From Reclinomonas americana ATCC 50394 (lineage: Eukaryota), in assembly GCA_048213135.1 (NCBI GenBank), contig PS015260.1, positions 24,433 through 59,276 on the forward strand: a DNA stretch of 34,844 nucleotides, read 5' to 3'. The notes under the pieces were generated by a model. It saw only the letters and a list, made by a program, of their open reading frames with translations, was not told the origin of the DNA and ran no database searches. The translations under genes and the position numbers were made by a program. Positions within the stretch are counted from its first letter, which is position 1; each line of letters begins with the position of its first letter. Shown here piece after piece: positions 1 to 10,060 of this stretch.

Positions 1-1
1 T

Positions 2-3000
2 GCCGACACGTGTGAGTTCGCGACTGGCTGCCGCGTGTTCCGCGCGACCATCACGCCAAATGGATCGAGTGGCGGCGGTGCCTACAAGTTGTGTGTGGCG
101 GCCAACAACGGACCGTACGTGTCGTCGGGGGAGTCGTTCACTGCCGGATTCATGACGGCCGGTGGTCTCAGTGCGAGCAGCAGCGCGGCGCCCACATCAA
201 CGCTATCGACCACTGACGACATGGACAGCAGCCCTGCCACCCCGAAGCCGAACATGTCAACACTGGCAGTGACGGCAACCACGATCCAGTTCACGTTTGC
301 TCGCGAGTTCTACCGCCGCCCGCGTGTGTTGCTCGGCTTTGCCAGTGTCGGTCGTCAGGGCGCCGCTGGCCCAATTTCCACTCTTGCCAACGAGCCGACT
401 GACGGCACGTTCGCATTCTGTGCGGAGCCGGTGGTGACTGTGGCGCAACTGTCGACTCGATGCCATGGCGTGTCAAGTGACGGCCAGCTGGGACCCACCA
501 TCACACTAAGTTGCGTTCACAGCGATAAAGGACAAGGCATTGAAGTGTGTGACTTATCATCTTCCCTCCGCTTTGCTGCATGTGCAGGCTACCTGGCGTA
601 CTACGTGCATCAGACGAATGCTCTGTCGATGGATGGTCAGCGCACGCTGACAAGCGCAGCGTGGGCGTCGGATGCGGTAAACAAGAACAGCTCAAGTGTT
701 GCGTGATTTTTGTGTACTGTCGTCTCTCTCGCGCCTGCTCATCCAGCTTACTTCGTGTCATGCACAGTTGGTAAGCGTGTCATCGGCGTACCAGTTTGCG
801 TCGGTGCCAGCCGTTCCCGTGGCCGTGATCGGTGTAATGTCGATGCGGCAGACGGCTGCCGGCAATGATGGACGCGTTCGCGGCGACAGCTTTTCGGTGA
901 CAAGCAACTCAGCCTCGCGCTCGAGTTTCGTCATCAAGGGCACGGTGAGCGGCGACTCGCGCATGGAGGCGGTATCGGCACGCTTTGCTGTGGCACCGAC
1001 ACGCGCCGACAGCACCAACAACAGCGGATTTGTCATGCTGTCGGGAGGTGCGTTCTCATCCTCCTCTTTGGTTGGAGCGACATCAGGTTGTCTCTGTGCC
1101 TGACCCTTGCGTGTGGCGCAGAGACGACGCACACCAGCGCCGTGACGATGCAGACCGCCAGTCTGGTGACGGCGTCGACACCGAATGGCCTGCTGCGCGC
1201 CACCATCAGTGTGCAGCTGTTCCTGCGTGGGTGGAAGTCGTCGGCAATCACAGTGCAGAACCGCATCGATCAGCAGTCGCTGCAGTTCACCACCAAGCGC
1301 CTCGGCAATGAGGACTATGTGACGGCGATCTCGTACAGCGCCAGCGGGGCGGACGCGTCCGACATTGAGTACGTGACGTGGGTGGCGATTGGTCGTGCGG
1401 CGCAAGGCGCGCCGATCTCGTGCCCTGTCGGCTACAGCGGCTCCAACTGCGGCGTGTGCACGCTGGCCGACGGTACCACGACGTGCTCACTGAACCGACG
1501 TGCGGTGCTGAGCTGTGCCTACGGCACCACTCAGATTGTTGCTGAGTGTACCGAGGGTCGCGAGTGCTTTGAGGCTTACGGCTCGGCGCAATGTGGATGC
1601 TCGGCGAACGGTGCCGTGTGCGTGAGTAGCGGCGACTGCTGCTCTGGCAGCTGCGATTCTGGTCTGTGTGTGCCAGCGTGCAGCCCGACTACGACGTGCT
1701 CTGGTCATGGAACGTGCAACACCGATGGAACGTGCACTTGCACAAGTCCTTGGAGCGGTGAGTGATGTGATTGCTGTCGACCGTGAATTCGCTGCTGTTC
1801 AATGCTGACTTGTTCCCGCGAACAGGGCCTGCGTGCTCGACCTGTTCTGCTAGTCCTATTGTTTCCCTTGGATACATTGGCAGCTGGACATCATTGGCCT
1901 CCAGCAGTGACGGCACCAAGCTGGTGGCTAGAGAGAGTGGCAGTGGTCGGATCTACACCTCCACTGATAGCGGTGCGACGTGGACAGCACGTGAGTCCAG
2001 TCGCAGTTGGAGTGGGGTGGCATCCAGCAGTGACGGCACCAAATTGGTGGCTGTGGTGTTTGGTGGCCAAATCTACACCTCCACTGACTCTGGCGTGACG
2101 TGGACAGCTCGCGAGTCCAATCGCTCCTGGAGGTCTGTGGCCTCCGGCAGTGACGGCAGTAATCTCGTCGCGGTTGCTCAGGCAGACAAGATTTACACCT
2201 CCACGGACTCTGGCGCCACGTGGACGCCTCGCGAGTCCGATCGCAACTGGTGGTCAGTGGCCTCCAGCAGCGATGGCACCAAACTGGTGGCTGTGGAGAA
2301 TAACGGGCAGATCTACACGTCTGCCGACTCGGGCATAACATGGGCAGCTCGTGAGACCAATCGCTTTTGGCAGTCAGTGGCCTCCAACAGTGACGGCACC
2401 ACATTGGTGGCTGTGGCGATTGGCGATCAGATTTACACTTCCACTGACTTGGGCGTGACATGGACAGCTCGTGAATCCAATCGCAGTTGGAATTCAGTCA
2501 CCTCCAGCAGTGACGGCAGCAAGCTGGTGGCTGTGGCGAATGGTGGTCAGATTTACACTTCGACCGACTCTGGAGTGACATGGACGCCTCGTGATTCCAC
2601 TCGTGACTGGCTATCAGTGACCTCCAACAGTGACGGCACCAAGTTGGTGGCTGGGGTTCGCCTCGGGCAGATGTATACCTCCACTGACTCTGGCGTGACG
2701 TGGACTGGGGTGACTTCCGAAGGGCTACATGGGAAGAATACCTGGCAGGAAGTGGCCTCCAACAGTGACGGCTCCAAGCTTGTTGCAGCTGTGAATAGTG
2801 GTCAGTTGTACACCTCCACTGACTCGGGTGTGACATGGACGGCTCGCGAGCCCAATCGCAACTGGAGAGGAGTGGCCTCCAGCAACGATGGCACCAAGTT
2901 GGCGGCCGTGGCGCAAGGCGATTGGATCTACACCTCTACTGACTCTGGTGTGACATGGACTGCTCGTGATTCCACTCGCCGCTGGACTGCAGTGGCCTCC

Positions 3001-3540
3001 AGCAGTGACGGCAGCAAGCTGGTGGCTGTAGCTTTGTTTGGGCAGATCTACACCTCCACTGACTCTGGCGTGACATGGACGGCTCGTGATTCCCTTCGCA
3101 ACTGGACTGCAGTGGCCTCCAGCAGTGACGGAACCAAGCTGGTGGCTGCACAACAATTTAACCAAATCTACACATCTACTGACTCGGGCGTGACATGGAC
3201 GGCTCGTGATTCCAGTCGCGGTTGGCAATCAGTGGCCTCCAGCAGCGATGGCACCAAGCTGGTGGCTGTGGTGAACGGTGGCCAGATCTACACCTCCACT
3301 GACTCGGGTGTGACATGGACGCCTCGTGAATCGAATCGCGCCTGGACTGCAGTGGCCTCCAGCAGTGACGGCACGAAGCTGGCGGCTGTTGTGAGCAATG
3401 GTCAACTGTACATCTCCACTGACTCTGGTGTAACGTGGACGGCTCGTGATTCCAATCGCAACTGGCTGTCAGTGGCTTCCAGCAGTGACGGCACCCAGAT
3501 TGTGGCCAGTGCGGATCAGGTGTACATTTTCCCGTGTTGA
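2..3540 (+). CDS. Probable extracellular protein, 5' partial: about 3 H-type-lectin-like domains, Cys-rich/EGF-like region, 14-blade Asp-box (BNR) beta-propeller
   Basis: ORFs 35-706, 696-1103, 1088-1765 and 1771-3540 join in frame via GT-AG introns 510-587, 698-767, 1048-1121 and 1758-1825. The last junction rebuilds an EGF motif, CSGHGTCNTDGTCTCTSPWSGPAC. Motifs FTFAREFYRRPRVLLGF, YQFASVPAVPVAVIGV and YVTWVAIG resemble H-type lectin domains (recognised by eye). Repeated SxDxGxTW Asp-box. Confidence 0.8.
1885..3537 (+). repeat. Coding tandem repeat, 14 x 120 nt (40-aa blades)
   Basis: GCCTCCAGCAGTGACGGC-like core recurs about every 120 nt (135 nt between units 7 and 8). Consensus WxxVASSSDGTKLVAVxxxGQIYTSTDSGVTWTARESNRx. 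Confidence 0.97.
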
Positions 3541-3769
3541 CCATTTTTTCCTGCACGCTCATGTTGTTTCGAACGATGTGGTCGCGGGAGAACGACTCCC
3601 CGCTCTTCGTTAGCTTCCACTCTCTTCCCATTTTTCTTGCCTTGTTGTTCGTGCCCTTGCGCCCTTCATCAGTTCCTTTCCGCGACCTGCGGGGTTTTGT
3701 AGTGTACAAGATTTGGCTTGTCAGTTCTGGCTCACAATCAGCGATATGGNNNNNNNNNNNNNNNNNNNN

Positions 3770-5211
3770 CGATGCCGATACGCTGTTGAAGTTTGTGCAG
3801 GACTGCCGCGCCATTGGCATCACGTGCCCCATCTTTCTTGGCGTCATGGTATGTGTGTCTCTATTTTTTTTTTACAAGGGGCACTGGACGGAGGCTTTCG
3901 TCCCTAATCTCCGCGCATACAGCCGATTCGCGAGTACGACCAGTGGGCACGCATGGTGGAGCGCTCTCACACGGTCGTTCCGGCCTCGGTACACGCACGA
4001 CTGGATGCAGTGAAGCACAATCCGGTGGAGGTGCGTCGCGTTGGTGTCGACGTGTGTGCCGAGCTGTGCCAGGAGCTATTCCGGCGTGGCCACCGCTACT
4101 TTTACCTGTACACCATGGACATTGTCGAGTGTGTGCCGCAAATCCTGCAAAAGCTTGGATGGGCTCCCGAATCTCCCGCCAAGCCCTATCCGTGGGAGGC
4201 GGTGCGCGTGCTTTTTGTGGTTGCCTTGCCTTCTGCTGACTCCCATTCTCATGCAAACATCGTCGTTTCAGTCGTACACCGGCACGCGGACTTCCGAGAG
4301 CGTACGCCCCATTTACTGGCAGCACCGACCGTACTCGTACTGCCTGCGCACGCGTCACTGGGGCCAGAACTTCCCGTCAGGTCTGTGGACCATGGGCCAA
4401 GAGTCGCGTCCAGACTTTCTCCCCTTTGATGGTGCCGACTACTTGAGCAATCACTACGTGCCGGGAGTTGGGTCTTGTGTGGGGTTTTGAGAATTGCACG
4501 GATGCCGAACGAATCTGACGTGAGTGGCGCTCCTGCAGACACCATTCGATCGTCGCAAGGCATGGCATCCGTCACCGTCGAGCGACGAGGACATCCAGGC
4601 CGTGTTTGAGAACTTTGTGGCTGCCGATCCTGAGGTTCCCGCACTGCCGTGGATGCCACACGCGCGTGCCATGTTGCCGCTTGAGATGCGCGACAGTCTC
4701 ATGCAGGTGCGCACTGCTCGAGAGTGTGTTTTTGTCGTCCCCTCCTCCTCCTACTCACATCTGACGTTGTCGTATTACAACAGCTGGTGCGATCAGGCTG
4801 CTGGCCCATCAATTGGCAGCAGTGCGTGGAGGGTGCATCGTCCGAGGACCCGCTAGTAGGCTGGGGCGATGAGGGCGGCGTTGTGTATCAAAAGGTGGTG
4901 TTCTTTTCCCCCACTTGTGCGAAGGCGACTGAGAGATGAGTGTGTTGATTCCACGTCGCTGCATGCGGCAGGCGTACATTGAGTTTTTCTGCTCGCCGGA
5001 GAAGCTTGCGACGCTGTTGCCGCGGCTGCAGTCGAGCAAGTCCCTGACGTATGCGGTTACAAACCGAGAAGGTTTGTGTGCGTCGAGTCTGCGCTGCTGC
5101 CGCCCTCTCATCAACGCGACTACAGGTGACGTGTGGCACACAAACATGCACCGATCCGCCACCGTGACGGCTGGTCTGTTCCCCCGACGTGAGATGATTG
5201 GAGCCACGGTG
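3770..5211 (+). CDS. MTHFR: Methylenetetrahydrofolate reductase-like, eukaryotic type, divergent, partial at both gaps
   Basis: Introns 3849-3922, 4202-4271, 4467-4538, 4707-4783, 4895-4971 and 5072-5125 give [65 protein letters not shown]. These match the end of the catalytic domain plus the regulatory domain. Confidence 0.88.
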
Positions 5212-5276
5212 GTGAGTATTCGNNNNNNNNNNNNNNNNNNNNCAACAACGACCTTCCCACGTGTTGCCTCGCTCAC

Positions 5277-6155
5277 CTTTGGACTGGTCAAATCGCCAAC
5301 CGTGACCCAATTGACAAACGCACCGACGCCCGGATGCGCCTCAAACCAATCCTTCTCCGTCTGCAGATCCTTATGCTCCGCAATGTTCAACAAGCTGCAC
5401 ACCACCACCACCACCACCACCACCATCAACACCCCACAATGCACCACAACGCAGCACGCCTCCACCCACACAGACCACACATCAATCAAAAAGTACTCCT
5501 CCGGCAACACAATGCCCTTCTCCTGCTGCAACACGGCCGCACCGCGCGACTTGATCTGCCGCATATTTTTTGTTGTTGTGAATTACCGGAAACGCTCTCG
5601 GCGGCGGCGGGAAGAGGAAAGAAACGCCACAAACCAAGTCGTACGCAAACGATAGCGAGCCGTCCGGGTTGACAATCGTCGGCTCATTGCCCTGCATTGA
5701 TGAGATGCATCAATGAATGGATGAATGCACATTCACAAAGAGACACTCCACTGATGCTCTCTCTCTCTCTCTCTCTCTCTGTGCGTGTGTTAGTGTGTTT
5801 GTGTGAGTGTGATTGTGTGTGTGTGTGAGTGTGTGTGAGTGTGATTGTGTGTGTGTGTGAGTGTGTGTGAGTGTGTGTGTGAGTGTGTGTGAGTGTGTGT
5901 GTGAGTGTGTGACGCTATTTCTCACACTGTCATGCACTCTTCTCTCACTATTCCTCTTCCTCTTTCTCTCTCTCTCTCTCTCTCTCACTCTCACTCTCTG
6001 TCTCACTTTCTCACTTCTCACGCAACTCGGAACAACACATTCCACCGTCCATCAACCAACCGCGTGTCGACCACATGCATGCGGTCCGCATCAAACGACG
6101 CAATGACCACCGCCGCACAAAGCAACACAGAGACCAGCACGCACAACCCGCGCAT
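5277..6155 (-). CDS. Secreted protein of a protist PTP-like (tyrosine-phosphatase-fold) family, 3' end lost in gap
   Basis: Exons 6155-6027, 5691-5635, 5555-5476 and 5394-5277 splice to MRGLCVLVSVLLCAAVVIA (signal peptide)...RMHVVD...NVLFRGNEP...FAYDL...LPEEYFLIDVCLLN...EKDWFEAHPGVG...GDLTSP. The family call is from motif recall, and the catalytic CX5R motif is not visible. Confidence 0.6.
5757..6010. repeat. Compound (CT)n/(GT,GAGT)n microsatellite in intron
   Basis: Direct inspection; lies within intron 5692-6026. Confidence 0.95.
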
Positions 6156-6474
6156 GTTTGAGTGATATAGTCCACCGTCCCATTCCGTCCATCGGCGTCA
6201 CGGCAATTTCGTTAAGTCGGTTTTTTTGTGGCACGAGGCGAGCAAAGTCAGACTTTGCGCTTGCGTGTGCGTCTCTGTGTGTGTGTATTTGCGCACGTGC
6301 GACTGTGTCACACGCTCCCTGTGTTCAGTGAGTGCGTGCTATTCGCAAAGGTGACATCGCATTTGCTTGTGTGCACGTCTGTGTGATACTCCGACAAAAC
6401 GCGTGCTGACTTTGCAAAAACGCCCTCCTTTTTGCCTCTGTGTTTTGTTGTGCACGCATAGTGAGCGCGCAAAG

Positions 6475-9065
6475 ATGCTCTCTGGACCCGCCTACAATGA
6501 GCGCAAGCGCACTGGTCGTCAGTCGATGTTGACGACTGTGGTGGTGACGTTGGCGACTCTGCTGACCATCTTTGTCGCCTATCGCGTGCTCTTTGGCGGC
6601 AACAACAACAACAACTCTAACAACAACAACAATGCGTCTTCATCGTCGTCGACGGCGAGCGCGGGCGGTGACGTCACGCGCGATGGAGTCATTCACCAGC
6701 GCGTGGTGATGCATAAGCGCTCGACACCGCCGCAGTTGGACGAGAATGTGTCGCTGGAGGACGCCGAGTGCAAGCAGCGCGCGGCAAACTTTGCCCAGCT
6801 GTTCACCGAAATCAAGAATGGAATGGCCGGCACCGATAAGACCGGCGGAGAGGTACACTTTGCAGTGATTGTGCCACGTGTCCGCCACGTGCTCATTTGG
6901 TGGCGCAGGTGGCAGCGTTCCGCTATGTGCGACACAAGCCGAGTGCGGCGGAGGAGGGCCTCCGGCACCGGTTGGACGAGTTNNNNNNNNNNNNNNNNNN
7001 NNNNNNNNNNNNNNNNNNNNNNNNNNNNNNNNNNNNNNNNNNNNNNNNNNNNNNNNNNNNNNNNNNNNNNNNNNNNNNNNNNNNNNNNNNNNNNNNNNNN
7101 NNNNNNNNNNNNNNNNNNNNNNNNNNNNNNNNNNNNNNNNNNNNNNNNNNNNNNNNNNNNNNNNNNNNNNNNNNNNNNNNNNNNNNNNNNNNNNNNNNNN
7201 NNNNNNNNNNNNNNNNNNNNNNNNNNNNNNNNNNNNNNNNNNNNNNNNNNNNNNNNNNNNNNNNNNNNNNNNNNNNNNNNNNNNNNNNNNNNNNNNNNNN
7301 NNNNNNNNNNNNNNNNNNNNNNNNNNNNNNNNNNNNNNNNNNNNNNNNNNNNNNNNNNNNNNNNNNNNNNNNNNNNNNNNNNNNNNNNNGCTGCGGCCGT
7401 TGGCGCGTGACGGGACCATTCTGTTCACGGCGGTGCGCATCACGCCGCGCAATCGCAAGTTCTCGGCGTGGACGGTCAACTGGGCGTTGAATGCCAAGCA
7501 GAATGGCATTCGCCAGCCGCTGGTAGTGTGCGCTGATCGGTACACGTACACGGTGCTGCAGGAGGCGGGTATGCCGACTCGCACGCTGTTGCTGGATGAG
7601 ACGGAGTGGGAGCCGGCCAAGAAGGCCGCCAACCTCAAGTGGCTGTACGGCCACCTGATGCTGTCGCTCGGCTACGATGTTCTGTACACCGACTCGTCGA
7701 TTCTCTTCCATCGCGACCCGATGGGCTACCTCAATCAGCACCTGCCGTTCCCGCTGCCGGCCAACGTGCAGGCCGACCCGCCGTTTGCCGATGTGTTGTT
7801 CATGTCGGCGCAGAGTGCGAGCCCCAATGCGGCCACGTTTGACGACATTCGACCGGTGCGTGTGCTGGCGCCGTGGAACTACGCGCCTCGCTGCCCCGAT
7901 CTCGACGAGCAGGTGAAGCGCTGCAATCGCTTCCCGCACCTCTACTGCGCCAACCCCGAATTCTTCATGGCGCACGCCAATGAGCGCACCCTCATGCTCT
8001 TCTCTGACATGGTCGACGAGATGGAGACGCGTGGCGACGATCGTCTCGGTCTCAACAGCATTCTCGACATGCACGTGGCCGCCGGTCTGCTGATCGAGGT
8101 GCGTGCAACAATTCGGATTGCATGCAACTCGTTTTTCATCCCCTGCGTCTCACTCTCAATGGTTGCAGATTCTCGATGTGCGCCTCTTCCACACCAAGGA
8201 GGGCTACAAGGCACTGGCCAAGTCCGACGACCCGCGCGCCCGTGAAAACAACCTCGCGCCGATCGCCACCTCGTTTATTGAGGAGCACCGTATGAAGCGC
8301 GAACAGGCCATTCGTGACTCGGGACTGTGGCGCCTCTCGTACACCGTGGAGGAGCAGCAGCGCGAGAACGAGCACGAGGAGCGCATGCGCAAGGAGGATA
8401 TTGCTCGTGAGGTTTGTTTGTTTGTTTGTTGACCGACGTGTGCGGTACAGCAGTGTCTCACTGCCCGCTCTCCACAGCAACATTATCGTCAGCAGCCGCC
8501 CTCCAGGTCGCCGCCGATGCCGCCTCCACCGGCCGCCGACTGGGAATCGGCACAAAAGGAGTTTGACTTGCAGCAGCGTCTGACTGGACTTGCGGCACCG
8601 ATCTACGCCGCTATGCAACACCAGCAGCAGCAGCAGCAACAACAGCAACAAGTGCTCACAAACGAGCCGGTCCCACTGCAGCAGCAGCAGCAGCAGCAGC
8701 CACCGCCGCCGCCACCACCACCACCACAGATGCAACAGGCACCACCTGCGCCTCCGTCTCCGCCGTCGGTTCCGCAGTATGACATGACTCCGCCTGCGCC
8801 GTCAGTGCCACAGTCGCCACCGCCCACACCGACGCCGCAGTACGAGGCCCCGCCGCCGCCGCAGCAGCAGCAGCAGCACCAACAGCAGCAGCAACAAATG
8901 TATCACCAACAGCAGCAGCAGGCTCCGGGAGCACCGCCGGTGCCGCCACACATGATGCACTTGGCTGCGCCGCACCTCCAGGCGCACTTCCAGCAAGTGC
9001 AGACCTACTATCAGCTGCAGCAGCAACAACAGCATCAGCAGCAGCAGCAGTTGCTACTCCAGCAG

Positions 9066-9100
<35 letters not shown>

Positions 9101-9548
9101 ATTGCTGCGTCAACAGCAGCTCCAGCAGCAGCAGCAGCAGATGCCTCAGCAGGCGCAGGGTCGTCGCCAACAGCCGCCGCCGCCTCCGCCACCGCCGACT
9201 CCGCCGCAGTATGCTCAGTACGCTCCTCCCGCACACGGAATGCCACGGCAGCAGCAGCAGATGCAGCCGCCGGTCCCGCCGGGAGGGCGATCATTCAGCG
9301 AGCAGCAGATGCGCCAAAAGGAGATGGAGCGCCAGCGCGGCTATCCTTCTCCCCCTCCTTCGTCGGCACCGCCGCCACCGCCACCTCCACCACCTCAGCA
9401 GCAGCAGCAGCATCGTCAAAGAAGACCGCGTGCGCCGTCATCGCCATCGCCGCCTCCACCGCAGGCTGCTGTCGCCGATGATTACATGGCCGCCATTGCT
9501 GCCGCTCGTCAGGCTTCGCAGCGTCAGCAGCAGCCGGGACAACAACAA

Positions 9549-9584
<36 letters not shown>

Positions 9585-9749
9585 CAACAGCAGCGGCGGC
9601 CGCCCATGCCTCCGCAGCACCAGCAGCAGCAGCAGCAGTATCCTGGCAGCCACGCAGCACGCGCAGCGCAGATTGCGGCCGCACAAGAACGTGCTCGAGC
9701 CACTCACGGCGATCAGCAGAATCAGCAGCAGCACCAAGCGTATCTTTAT

Positions 9750-9781
<32 letters not shown>

Positions 9782-9866
9782 ACAACAACAACAACAACCA
9801 CAATATCACTATCACCACCAGCAGCAGCATGACCAGCAGCAGTTCCTGCACCCGGTGCACTACTAG
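6475..9866 (+). CDS. Type II membrane nucleotide-diphospho-sugar transferase-like (GT77-like) protein with C-terminal polyQ/polyP tail
   Basis: N-terminal TM TVVVTLATLLTIFVAY; motifs NW...LVVCAD and LSLGYDVLYTDSSILFHRDP. Introns 6853-6908, 8099-8169 and 8412-8477 join the ORFs in frame to the Q/P-rich ORF 8517-9866. Contains gap 6983-7389. Confidence 0.72.
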
Positions 9867-10060
9867 TTTGTGTTTTTGGTTTGCACGAGGGGTGAGGAGT
9901 GGAGAGCGAGAAAGAGAAATGTTTTACGATTCGATCGCGATGTCGACAAAAATGAAGAAAAACTACATAGGTTACTTCATCTAGGACCGGCAAGGTGTCA
10001 CCAAGCACCGTCAAAGTCGTCAGTTGTCCCGCAACATGTTTTTCCGACAATTCTTGTTGT

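Noticed and set aside
1885-3537. Diversity-generating retroelement behind the blade variation
   Set aside because: Variation is not adenine-specific, and no template repeat or reverse transcriptase is present in the window.
3541-3749. MTHFR N-terminus or a separate minus-strand ORF
   Set aside because: No MTHFR motifs; more likely the 3' UTR or intergenic DNA before an under-sized gap.
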